A DNA stretch of 64,000 bases from assembly GCA_027459725.1 (NCBI GenBank), contig DAIDHK010000003.1:64931-128930 (forward strand). The letters run 5' to 3'. Shown here one piece after another: positions 38,338-47,861 of this stretch (its first letter is position 1; each line of letters starts with the position of its first letter). Made by a program: the position numbers and the translations under genes. The stretch is from Candidatus Levyibacteriota bacterium. GTDB lineage: Bacteria > Patescibacteriota > Microgenomatia > Levybacterales > UBA12049. Under the pieces are notes generated by a model, which worked only from the letters and a program-made list of their open reading frames with translations, searched no databases and was not told the DNA's origin.

Positions 38338-38892
38338 GTGAATAATAAACTGAAGATTTTAGGATTTGCAGGAAGTTTGCGCAAAGAGTCTTTAAACAAG
38401 AAACTCTTGTATGCAGCTCGGGAAATTTGTCCTGATGATGCTGAATTGGAAATTTTTGATATTAAAGATATACCTTTGTTTAACGCTGATGTAGAAGCAG
38501 AAGGGGACCCACAAAGTGTTAAAGATTTTAAAAATAAACTTCGACAGGCTGATGCTGTACTAATAGCTACTCCTGAATATAATCATTCTATTCCAGGGGT
38601 GCTTAAAAATGCCCTAGACTGGGCCAGTCGTCCACCTGAAAAAGTGTTAAATAAGAAGCCGGTGGCTATGATGGGTACATCCGACGGCATGACAGGGGCA
38701 ACCAGATCCCAACAACATATGATTCAAGTTTTAGCAGCTATGAATGCTTATACTTTATCTAAACCAGAAGTGATTGTTCCCAATGGAGATAAGAAGTTTG
38801 ATGAAGCTGGTAACTTAACTGATGATAAAACCAAATCAAAGATTATAACTTTGCTGACTGAATTAATTAACTGGACACAAAAGTTAAGATAG
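38338..38892 (+). CDS. NAD(P)H-dependent FMN reductase family oxidoreductase
   Basis: 'LKILGFAGSLRKESLNKKLL...ATPEYNHSIPGVLKNALDW' flavodoxin-like fold. Confidence 0.7.
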   Translation: MNNKLKILGFAGSLRKESLNKKLLYAAREICPDDAELEIFDIKDIPLFNADVEAEGDPQSVKDFKNKLRQADAVLIATPEYNHSIPGVLKNALDWASRPPEKVLNKKPVAMMGTSDGMTGATRSQQHMIQVLAAMNAYTLSKPEVIVPNGDKKFDEAGNLTDDKTKSKIITLLTELINWTQKLR

Positions 38893-38942
38893 CCTTTTTC
38901 TGGTTGACTTAAACTCATTCTAGTTGTAGATTATAAATTGAA

Positions 38943-39149
38943 ATGTGGTATTATCCTCATTACTTACTTTGGTGGTTTCCTTTACTGATCCCTTTGGTTA
39001 TTGTTGATGTCATTCTAAAAGCTATAGGGGCATGGAAGGCTGCGCGTAATAATCAACTCACTTGGTTTATCTTTATTTTAATTATTAATACGGCTGGGAT
39101 TCTTCCTTTGATTTATATTCTTTTCTTTCAAAAGAAAATCAGAAAATAA
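38943..39149 (+). CDS. Small membrane protein
   Basis: 68 aa with two TM helices. Confidence 0.35.
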   Translation: MWYYPHYLLWWFPLLIPLVIVDVILKAIGAWKAARNNQLTWFIFILIINTAGILPLIYILFFQKKIRK

Positions 39150-39250
39150 TGTGATCAACATCACACCTCTTACTTGACTTTTATTACTCTCTTATCATAC
39201 AATTATTACGTTTTTATTACATTGTAACTGTACCATTAAACGCTAGTTCT

Positions 39251-39742
39251 ATGACTAAAAATATAATTATAGTTATTTTATTAATTATTGCTGTCGCTGA
39301 AGCAGGATATATTATCGATAAAAAGAATACTTCCCAGGCTACTTTGGCTTTGACCACTCATCCTAGTGTTACTAGCGTTATGCCTCCTGCAGGGCCTAAT
39401 GCTAAAGGAAAAGGACCTGTCATCATTTCCAAAGGTATGAATTTGAAGAGTACCCCATTGTTTAATTATGCTTACGAAATTGCTCCCAACATGGCTAGTG
39501 ATGCAAAAACAGTTATGACGGGTTTTAGCATGACTTCTCAAACACAATCTGATGGTTCAATTATAGTTACTTTGACACCGAAGGATTCTGAAGACCAAAA
39601 TCAGCAATATACAATCAAACCCGGACAAATTCTTTACTATATTGAACAGACTCCGGTAGATGATAAAAATGAGCAGGATAAAGATCTAAACTATAGAGAT
39701 GATTATGGAATTATTACAGATGCTAACGGTATAGTTCAATAA
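39251..39742 (+). CDS. Hypothetical secreted/membrane-anchored protein
   Basis: N-terminal TM helix. Confidence 0.45.
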   Translation: MTKNIIIVILLIIAVAEAGYIIDKKNTSQATLALTTHPSVTSVMPPAGPNAKGKGPVIISKGMNLKSTPLFNYAYEIAPNMASDAKTVMTGFSMTSQTQSDGSIIVTLTPKDSEDQNQQYTIKPGQILYYIEQTPVDDKNEQDKDLNYRDDYGIITDANGIVQ

Positions 39743-39757
39743 CTAACTTTTTTCTTC

Positions 39758-41332
39758 TTAATGCCAGAATTTTCGTTCTCCTGTTAAAATCATTGTCATT
39801 CCCGCTTTATCAGCTGCGGCGATGGATAAGTTGTCATTTATTGATCCTCCCTGTTGCACAATAGCAGCAATACCGTATTTAGCAGCCAGTTTAACTGTGT
39901 CATCAAAGGGGAAGAAACTATCACTGGCCATGATTGCTTGTTCAGAGTATCTGTCAGCTTGATCTAAGGCAATTTGTGCAGCTCGGATGCGTGAAGTCTG
40001 TCCTGATCCTATACCCCTGGTCATTGGCAAATTTTTATCCACTACAATTATTGTGTTGGATTTTATTCTCCCTATAAACTGCCAGGCTAATTGCATCTGT
40101 TTTAATTGTTTTTCAGTAGGTTTTTTTTGAGTTACTACTTTCCAATTTTTATATTTTTTCTTATAATTATCATCCCAGTCCTGTAATACAAACCCTCCGT
40201 CAAAGTATTTAGCATGCAGATCGTTAGATCTGTGATGTGGAATATTACCGAAAGTATAGATACCAGTACTCTTGCGAATAGTTTGAATAAATTGTTGTGC
40301 ATCATCGGTTATACTTGGAGCAGCTACTATATCAACTAAAACACCATTTTCCTCCTTAAAATTAGCAAATGTTCTGGCGGTTTTTAGGTCGAGAGGTTTA
40401 TTTAAAACTATGATACCCCCAAAAGCGGAAACAGGATCAGCAGCTATTGCTCGCTTTAAAGCTTGAGCGCTGTTGTTCCCTAAAGCTATACCCGAAGGAC
40501 TGTTATGTTTTATCACTACCGCCGCAGGGTTGGTAAAAACTCTAACCGATTCCAAGCCGGCTACAATGTCTGTGAAGTTGACGTAGGATAACTCTCTTCC
40601 GGTTAATTTTTTTAACTTAACCAGAGGGGAATTAGTATTTGGTTCAAAATATACCGCTGCAGACTGATGTGGATTCTCACCATAACGTAGATTAATTAGC
40701 CTTCTGCCGGGTAGAGTAGTTTCCTGAGGAAATTTTTCTTTATTTAAATAATGCGCAATCTGACTGTCATAGAATGATAAGTGGGCAAATGCTTTGGCTG
40801 CAAGTTGTTGTCGAAAATTCTGCTTAATATTTTCTTCTCTGAATAAAGAAATTACTTGAGTATAGTCTTGAGGATCAGTTATTACTAGTACGTTTTTAAA
40901 ATTTTTAGCCGCTGCTCTGATCATTGTTGGTCCTCCCACGTCAATGTTTTCAATTGCGTCCTCAATTTTGACGTGAGGTTTGGCTATAGTTTGTTCAAAA
41001 GGGTAAAGGTTGCAGACTACTAAATCTATGTTTTTAATTTTAAATTCTTTAGCTTCTTTAACATGTTTTTCATTAGTACGGTCAAATAAAATTCCACTTT
41101 CGATTTGAAAACTAATAGTTTTCATCCTTCCATCAAAACTTTCTGGGTTACCGGTAATATCCTGAATAGGGATGACGGGGATATCATTCTCTGTTAATAT
41201 TTTGGCTGTTTTGCCAGTAGAAATAATTTGGAAGCCTATTTGTGATATCTGTTTTCCAAATTCAACAATGCCAGTTTTGTCAAAAACACTAAGCAGAGCA
41301 TATCGAGCATTCTTATAATGGGACATGGACAT
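39758..41332 (-). CDS. purH: Bifunctional AICAR transformylase/IMP cyclohydrolase
   Basis: N-terminal MGS-like 'ALLSVFDKTGIVEFG...STGKTAKIL...VVCNLYPFEQTIAKP'; C-terminal AICARFT domain; 524 aa. Confidence 0.9.
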   Translation of the reverse strand: MSMSHYKNARYALLSVFDKTGIVEFGKQISQIGFQIISTGKTAKILTENDIPVIPIQDITGNPESFDGRMKTISFQIESGILFDRTNEKHVKEAKEFKIKNIDLVVCNLYPFEQTIAKPHVKIEDAIENIDVGGPTMIRAAAKNFKNVLVITDPQDYTQVISLFREENIKQNFRQQLAAKAFAHLSFYDSQIAHYLNKEKFPQETTLPGRRLINLRYGENPHQSAAVYFEPNTNSPLVKLKKLTGRELSYVNFTDIVAGLESVRVFTNPAAVVIKHNSPSGIALGNNSAQALKRAIAADPVSAFGGIIVLNKPLDLKTARTFANFKEENGVLVDIVAAPSITDDAQQFIQTIRKSTGIYTFGNIPHHRSNDLHAKYFDGGFVLQDWDDNYKKKYKNWKVVTQKKPTEKQLKQMQLAWQFIGRIKSNTIIVVDKNLPMTRGIGSGQTSRIRAAQIALDQADRYSEQAIMASDSFFPFDDTVKLAAKYGIAAIVQQGGSINDNLSIAAADKAGMTMILTGERKFWH

Positions 41333-42246
41333 TATAACTTATAAAACAATAAATCTTGTTTGTCAAATTAACCTGAAGTTCTATAAATATTCATTTGTAT
41401 AATTACACGGCTGCCTTAGTCCTTCAGAAATTATCGATAAATGATTAAGTAAGGCGGGATAAGTTATAGGGATGTCAGATCTTGCTTGTTCTTCTGCTGG
41501 AGTTCTATGATTTGGTTAAATATATTATCTCCTGACCAAAAAGCATCAGGTAATTTAAGGTCAAACTTGTTAATAGGTTATGTATTTTGAACGTATTCAG
41601 AATAAAATCTTTTCATTACTATTGCTTCAAATGGCATCAATGGTTCTATAGCTTTTTTTACCCTACTGTTCATGAATCATGACATATCCACGTAGCGTCG
41701 TCCAATGACTTTTATTGTTGTAGTAATGTTGATAAAAGACATAACAGCTATAAATTGTATCTATAATTTTTTTTAACTTGTTCAGAGATACTTCCATCCG
41801 GTTCCACGTTAACAATTCATGTTGCATTGATTACTAGAATGTCTAAAGAATTTTACGTGGCTATCGTCCCACAGTGTCAGATAAACCACTATAGCAGATT
41901 CTTATGGCTCTTTCCCTCTCTTCTAATGTAGTCTCAACTTTCTGCAAGTATGCGCCGTTTTTTATCTGTCAGTCTGACACTATGTACTTGTGTTGTGCGG
42001 TAGAAGTGCCACCCAGTTGTAGTACCTCGCCTAATTTGAGTAATAGTCGCATAGGATCAATATTCCCACCTATACGACTGGCTAAAGAGTCTATAAGGTG
42101 GACACGTGACGAATGTATTCTACCTGCCTTCAGCTCTGATCCGTAATGTTTTTTCATAATTACGCATTATAAGATAATTGATTATTGTCCATTGACACAA
42201 ATGAAGTTTTTTTGTACAGTAAAATTGTGTTTAAGGAGAATTTATA

Positions 42247-42330
42247 ATGAATAGTAGAGTTATTGTTACAAATAATTTTTCGCCCTCCTCTTGTTCCTTT
42301 TTGGTTAAGGGGATATTTCTTGTGATTTAA
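42247..42330 (+). CDS. Candidate Ser-codon-rich leader peptide (27 aa) of the ser operon
   Basis: Shine-Dalgarno AAGGAGA 8 nt upstream. Peptide 'MNSRVIVTNNFSPSSCSFLVKGIFLVI', with four Ser codons in a six-codon window. An intrinsic terminator follows, then serB. Confidence 0.3.
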   Translation: MNSRVIVTNNFSPSSCSFLVKGIFLVI

Positions 42331-42355
42331 ATTTATACTGAAAAACACAGAACAC

Positions 42356-42376
42356 ATCCCCGCAAGGGGATTTTTT
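42356..42376 (+). terminator. Intrinsic terminator/attenuator hairpin ATCCCC-GCAA-GGGGAT plus a T5-6 tract, 12 nt upstream of the serB ATG
   Basis: 6-bp GC-rich stem, GCAA tetraloop, T-run. An exact copy of the 3' arm 8-mer AAGGGGAT occurs 57 nt upstream (42307-42314) and could form an alternative pairing. Confidence 0.5.
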
Positions 42377-42388
42377 AATGGAAAGAAT

Positions 42389-43048
42389 ATGAAAGATAAA
42401 TACTTAATCATTGATTTTGATAGTACATTCATTCAAGTAGAAGCTCTAGATGAGTTAGCTAAGATTGTACTAAGTACTCATCCGTATAAAGAAGAACTAG
42501 TTAAAAAGATTGAATTAATTACTCAACTAGGAATGGAGGGAAAATTAAAATTTACTGAATCTTTAAAAATTCGTTTGAACTTATTTAAACCAACTGAAAA
42601 AGAAATAGATGAATTAATTATTTTCTTAAAAGGTAAAATTTCTAAATCTATTTTAAAAAATAAAGATTTTTTTGTGAGAAACAGTAAGAGAATATATATC
42701 GTTTCGGGAGGATTCTATGAATATATTTATCCTGTCGTTAAAAATTATTCTATCACTATGGATCATATTCTGGCTAATGAGTTTTTATTTGACAGAAATG
42801 GAAAATTTCAAGGGTATGATACTAACAATCCATTAAGTAAGACTGGAGGCAAGGTAAAAGCAGTCAAACAATTAAGATTACCCTCAGAAGTAATTGTACT
42901 GGGGGATGGATATACGGACTGGGAAATTAAGCATGCAGGATTAGCGGATAAGTTTTACGCTTTTATCGAGAATGTAAATAGAAAAAAAGTAACTCAAGTA
43001 GCAGATCAGGTTATAACTTCTTTTGACGAAATTATAGAGATACTATGA
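42389..43048 (+). CDS. serB: Phosphoserine phosphatase (HAD superfamily)
   Basis: HAD motif I 'IIDFDSTF', 'VSGGF', 'GDGYTD'. Confidence 0.75.
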   Translation: MKDKYLIIDFDSTFIQVEALDELAKIVLSTHPYKEELVKKIELITQLGMEGKLKFTESLKIRLNLFKPTEKEIDELIIFLKGKISKSILKNKDFFVRNSKRIYIVSGGFYEYIYPVVKNYSITMDHILANEFLFDRNGKFQGYDTNNPLSKTGGKVKAVKQLRLPSEVIVLGDGYTDWEIKHAGLADKFYAFIENVNRKKVTQVADQVITSFDEIIEIL

Positions 43049-43980
43049 AATCAAAATATAAAGTTTTACTGTTAGAAAATGTTCATCCGGTAGCTAAGGA
43101 ACTATTCGAAAGCTACAACTTTACTGTGGAATATTTAAAACATTCCTTGCCGGAAGAAGAGTTAGTACATAAGCTGGATGGTGTAAGCGTTTTAGGGATT
43201 CGTTCCAAAACGCAAATTACTTCCAAAGTTTTATCCAAAGCCAAAGATCTGCGTATGATTGGCGCCTATTGTATCGGAACTAATAATATTGATCTACAAA
43301 GTTGTGCATGTAAAAAAATTAATATACAAAACGCTCCTTATCAGTCAACTCGCAGTGTGGCTGAGTTAATTATCGGTGAAATTATTATGCTGGCAAGAGG
43401 AGTCTTTGATAAAAGTAATTCTTTGCATCATGGCAATTGGCAAAAAAGCGCTAATGGAAGCTTTGAAGTTCGTGGCAAGAAGTTAGGAATAATTGGTTAT
43501 GGACAGATAGGTACTCAATTAGGTGTGCTAGCTGAAGCATTAGGGATGGAAATTTATTATTATGATCTGGTTACGAGGTTAGCCTTTGGTAATGCAAAAG
43601 CATGTACCTCTCTTTATGAATTACTAAACTTGTCGGATGTTATCTCTGTACATGTTGATGGCCGTAAGGAAAATCATGATTTAATTTCCATACAGGAATT
43701 TTCTGAAATGAAAGAGGGAGTACTTTTCTTAAATGCCAGCAGGGGTTTTGTAGTAAATGTTTCGGCTTTAGTCATGGCTATTAAAAACGGTAAAGTCAGA
43801 GGAGCTGCGCTGGATGTATTTCCAAAAGAACCCCATGCCAATGGGGATAAGTTCAGTACACTTTTGCAGGGGTTACCAAATGTCATTTTAACTCCACATA
43901 TTGGAGCAGCGACGCAAGAAGCTCAAGAACAGATAGGACGTTTTGTTACACAAAAGGCAATTGAATATATGCAGCCATAA
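43045..43980 (+). CDS. serA: D-3-phosphoglycerate dehydrogenase (D-2-hydroxyacid dehydrogenase family)
   Basis: NAD-binding 'GKKLGIIGYGQIGTQLG'; catalytic 'LNASRG...LDVF...TPHIGAAT'; start overlaps the serB stop. Confidence 0.8.
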   Translation: MKSKYKVLLLENVHPVAKELFESYNFTVEYLKHSLPEEELVHKLDGVSVLGIRSKTQITSKVLSKAKDLRMIGAYCIGTNNIDLQSCACKKINIQNAPYQSTRSVAELIIGEIIMLARGVFDKSNSLHHGNWQKSANGSFEVRGKKLGIIGYGQIGTQLGVLAEALGMEIYYYDLVTRLAFGNAKACTSLYELLNLSDVISVHVDGRKENHDLISIQEFSEMKEGVLFLNASRGFVVNVSALVMAIKNGKVRGAALDVFPKEPHANGDKFSTLLQGLPNVILTPHIGAATQEAQEQIGRFVTQKAIEYMQP

Positions 43981-43983
43981 CTT

Positions 43984-45054
43984 ATGAAAAAAATATTTTT
44001 TACACCGGGTCCTTCACATCTTTATTCTACCCTCAGCAGACATATTAAAACTGCCTTAACAGAAGACGTGTTATCCATTTCTCATCGCGGAGAAAAATTT
44101 CATCTTCTGTTGGAGAATTTGCAAAATAATCTGAGAGTTTTATTAGACATCCCAAAAGATCATCAAATATTTTTTATCTCTTCTGGAACAGAAGCGATGG
44201 AGGTAACAATCAGAAACTGTGTTCAAAAAAATAGCTTCCATTTAATAAATGGGGCATTTTCCCAACGTTTTTTTGAAATCTCGCAGGCATTAAATAAAGA
44301 AGCTCAGGCAACAATGATTACAGAACTTAGTGAAGTTAAAGATTTAAAAGTTAATTCTCAAACAGAACTGATTTGTATAACTCAGAATGAAACAAGTACA
44401 GGATACCAAGTTCCAATAGAGTTTATTTATAAAATTAAAAACAAGTATCCAAATTGTTTACTGGCTCTTGATACTGTTTCGTCGATGCCTTATGTGGATT
44501 TGAATTATTCACTTACTGATGTGGTCTTCTTCTCAGTTCAAAAATGCTTTGGTTTACCATCCGGATTAGGAGTGATGATAGTGAGCCCGCAGGCGATAGA
44601 CAAGGCCAGATACTTATTAGAAAATAACTATGACGTAGGTGTCATTCATAATTTTACTAAACTATCAAAAGCGATGCAAAAACTTGAAACTGTCGAGACG
44701 CCAAATATTTTTGCTTTATATCTAATGGAGAAAGTTACGAATGATTTTTTACAGATAGGTATTAATAATTTAAGACAAGAAACAGAAGTGAAAGCGAAGT
44801 TATTATATGATTTTTTTGACAATCAGGCGGGTTTTGATATCTCTATTAAAGATAAAAGATACCAGTCGCAAACAGTGATTGTCATAAATGCGGAAACAAA
44901 TAAATTAAATGGTATTAAAGAGATAGAGTTAAGAAACAATATAGTTATTGGCAGAGGATATGGAATCTATAAAGATAAACAATTACGTGTTGCAAATTTT
45001 TTTACACATTCCATAGCAGATGTAGAGAGGCTATTAAGATTAATCAAAAGTTAA
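43984..45054 (+). CDS. serC: Phosphoserine aminotransferase (class V aminotransferase)
   Basis: 'FTPGPS' N-terminus, aminotransferase class V architecture; operon context serB-serA-serC. Confidence 0.65.
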   Translation: MKKIFFTPGPSHLYSTLSRHIKTALTEDVLSISHRGEKFHLLLENLQNNLRVLLDIPKDHQIFFISSGTEAMEVTIRNCVQKNSFHLINGAFSQRFFEISQALNKEAQATMITELSEVKDLKVNSQTELICITQNETSTGYQVPIEFIYKIKNKYPNCLLALDTVSSMPYVDLNYSLTDVVFFSVQKCFGLPSGLGVMIVSPQAIDKARYLLENNYDVGVIHNFTKLSKAMQKLETVETPNIFALYLMEKVTNDFLQIGINNLRQETEVKAKLLYDFFDNQAGFDISIKDKRYQSQTVIVINAETNKLNGIKEIELRNNIVIGRGYGIYKDKQLRVANFFTHSIADVERLLRLIKS

Positions 45055-45069
45055 GGGTTATTGTGCCTA

Positions 45070-46248
45070 TTATATTTTTCTTGTATTACCCCTATTGAGC
45101 CAAAAAATTACTAATAATGCTAGAGGTAAATAAAATAGAATTAATTTAGGGTAATAAGCCATACTAAGAACATCTAGCATGTTGGCGATAGTAAAAATAC
45201 CCAGTAAGTTTTTCTGTTTATGATTATTTGCCATGAGAAAGACTCCTAATATTAAAGGAATGAATATAGGTAGGGAATAACGAAAACTAGAAACCATAAT
45301 CCACGTCTGATTTGAAGTAGGAAAGCTTAAAAAGCCAGTAAAATTGCATAAGCCCAATAAGAATAGCTTTATTACGTTATCAATGTGAAATTGATGTTTT
45401 ATAAGTTTGAATACTACCCAACCAAATGCAATAAATAAACTTAAAATCCACAATTTATATTCACCAAATCCCGCATTTATCATCTGTACCGGATAACGCA
45501 GTGTGATGTGCAAAATATTGTCAGTAAAAAGATTCTGACCTTTAAAAAAAAGAAAAGGAAGAGGATAAATGGGATTCCCTGTCAAAAAATAATTACGGAT
45601 ATACCAGAAAAGCCCTAGTATAGAAAAAGGAAGAAAAAAAGCAATAAAATTTTTAAGATTTAAATTGACAACAATTGTCTTAAAGTAGAGGATAAATAAA
45701 ATAATAATAAAGAAAAGACTGGTATATTTTGACCCAATTAGCATGCCTGCAATAAAACCAAGTTTAAAAAAATAAGAAGGATATTTGTGAGGTTTCTCAA
45801 GCAAGACTATAGCTAAAGTAAAAAATACTCCTACCCAGATATCTATGCTTACTGCATTCAACCAGCGTAAAACAAGATTAGTAGTACAAATAGCCAAAGC
45901 AAACAATAAGGAATAAAACTTATCAAGTTTAAATGTCTTACCTAACTTTGTTAAGGAAAAAAATAAAACAACTGTGGCAAATATATTAGATAATGTAAGT
46001 GGAATATGTAGCAAAATAAACAGAGCGTTAATGGCCTCAGAAGATCCTGGGTAGTACCACTGTGGCAATTTGGCATGAGGCAAATTTAGAAAGCTACCAC
46101 TGAGGATAGTTTGTGCAATAGGAATATGATAATCCCAACTGTCACCCGGGGAAGGAATAGGGTGTAAGATAGCAAAGTAAATATAATATATCAGGTAAAA
46201 AAGGAATATTAATATGCCAATGTTAGCATAGGAGGGGATATTTTTCAT
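45070..46248 (-). CDS. Polytopic membrane protein, possibly a GT-C-type glycosyltransferase
   Basis: ~11 TM helices; no specific motif. Confidence 0.4.
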   Translation of the reverse strand: MKNIPSYANIGILIFLFYLIYYIYFAILHPIPSPGDSWDYHIPIAQTILSGSFLNLPHAKLPQWYYPGSSEAINALFILLHIPLTLSNIFATVVLFFSLTKLGKTFKLDKFYSLLFALAICTTNLVLRWLNAVSIDIWVGVFFTLAIVLLEKPHKYPSYFFKLGFIAGMLIGSKYTSLFFIIILFILYFKTIVVNLNLKNFIAFFLPFSILGLFWYIRNYFLTGNPIYPLPFLFFKGQNLFTDNILHITLRYPVQMINAGFGEYKLWILSLFIAFGWVVFKLIKHQFHIDNVIKLFLLGLCNFTGFLSFPTSNQTWIMVSSFRYSLPIFIPLILGVFLMANNHKQKNLLGIFTIANMLDVLSMAYYPKLILFYLPLALLVIFWLNRGNTRKI

Positions 46249-46430
46249 GTGCTAATTGTACATAAAATCCTGTAACAAATGTATAAGCAGTTAAGACAGA
46301 AGTTCGTGTTACCAAATAGCATATATATTCCTGTAATATTAATATTGTTAATTTAAACATAAATATTATATTAATAATATTATCTTATTGACAATTATTC
46401 TTAATAAGAATATATTGGAAATATTATTTC

Positions 46431-47861
46431 ATGGATAACAAATACACATTAAGAAATTTCTTAGAAATCCCTTATGATGAATTAGAAGAACTTAATCTGA
46501 AAGCCAGAGACAATAATAAAGACCCGGAGAAAACATTAGCAGAAAGAAAAATTTATTTAGAGAAAGAGAAGAGAATAAAAGCGATTACTCTTTGTTTTAC
46601 TGATATTGAGGGACGCTTCCACATGTTAGATTACGATAAGAAATTTTTACTTGCCTCATTGGATAACCTAACTTTTGATGGTTCTTCAATTCGTGGATTT
46701 ACCGTTCAGAGCGAATCTGATTTGCGTTTGCGGGTAGACTGGGGTAGCTTTACCTGGTTGCCCTCAGATATTTTTGGAGCAGGAAAAGTGATTATGTTTG
46801 CCAATGTAATGACGAGAGACCGTCAACAGTACTCTTCTGATTTTCGTGGTCTACTGCAGGAATATACTGATAAGTTAATGTCTAAAGATGGCATGTCTGC
46901 CAATATATCAGCCGAGATTGAAGGATTCATTTTAGAAGGTACAAATGCAGAACAGACTTTTGATGAAAATAAAGGGTTTAATTTGATTTCTACAGGTGGT
47001 TATTTCCATTCTTTGCCTATGGACAAGTTGCGTCAATTTATTGATGCGAGTGCAGAAGCGCAAAGAGCTATGGGTTTTCAAAATGAAAAAGATCATCCCG
47101 AAGTCGCACCTTCACAGTTTGAAATGAATTTTTCTTACCGTTCTGCTATTGCTGCGTGCGACCAAATACAATTGTATAAACTTGTTTGCCGACAAGTTGC
47201 TAATAAAATGGGTCTTACAGCCAGCTTTTTGCCCAAACCGATTATGGGCATTAACGGCAGTGGGATGCATACTAATTTATCGTTGGCTAAGAGTAAAAAA
47301 AATTTGTTCTATGACAGGACAGGAAAGGAAAGTTTATCTCCAATTGCCTGGGATTTCATTTCCCGCTTACTCAATCACGCGCCGGAAATTTGTTTGGTAC
47401 TTAATTCAAGTGTAAATGCCTATAGAAGACTAGATCCACATTTTGAGGCTCCGAATCAAATCAAAGTTTCGCCAGTTGATAGAGGATCGATGATTAGAAT
47501 TCCAGTAGGTAATGAAAGGTCAGCGCGTATAGAGGTGCGCTCAGTTGCACCCGATTCTAATCCATATCTTCTGATTTATACTTTACTCAAGACTGGTTTG
47601 AAGGGTCAGAAACTGCAGAGGGATTCTGAAAAACGTGAGAGATTGCGTTTCTTGCCAGGGACTATCAATGAAGCTTTAAGATTGTTTAAAGCCAGTGATT
47701 TTGTCTCCGATATTTTGGGAGAAGAAAACAAGGAAAAATTTGCCTTATTCAAACAGTTAGTTGCAGACCGTAGTCCTAAAGAATTAGGGACGAAAATAAA
47801 AACCTCTGAGATTATTTATCATCATGAAGTCACTAATCAGGCATTGTGGAATACTTTTTAA
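46431..47861 (+). CDS. glnA: Glutamine synthetase
   Basis: 'KPIMGINGSGMHTNLSL' ATP-binding signature, 'SQFEMNFSY', 'RIPVGNE'. Confidence 0.85.
   Translation: MDNKYTLRNFLEIPYDELEELNLKARDNNKDPEKTLAERKIYLEKEKRIKAITLCFTDIEGRFHMLDYDKKFLLASLDNLTFDGSSIRGFTVQSESDLRLRVDWGSFTWLPSDIFGAGKVIMFANVMTRDRQQYSSDFRGLLQEYTDKLMSKDGMSANISAEIEGFILEGTNAEQTFDENKGFNLISTGGYFHSLPMDKLRQFIDASAEAQRAMGFQNEKDHPEVAPSQFEMNFSYRSAIAACDQIQLYKLVCRQVANKMGLTASFLPKPIMGINGSGMHTNLSLAKSKKNLFYDRTGKESLSPIAWDFISRLLNHAPEICLVLNSSVNAYRRLDPHFEAPNQIKVSPVDRGSMIRIPVGNERSARIEVRSVAPDSNPYLLIYTLLKTGLKGQKLQRDSEKRERLRFLPGTINEALRLFKASDFVSDILGEENKEKFALFKQLVADRSPKELGTKIKTSEIIYHHEVTNQALWNTF

Noticed and set aside
42085-42115. Possible T-box element (AAGGTGGACACGTG) upstream of the ser operon
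   Set aside because: Only ~9 of 15 positions match the T-box consensus. It lies ~240 nt upstream of the terminator instead of overlapping an antiterminator
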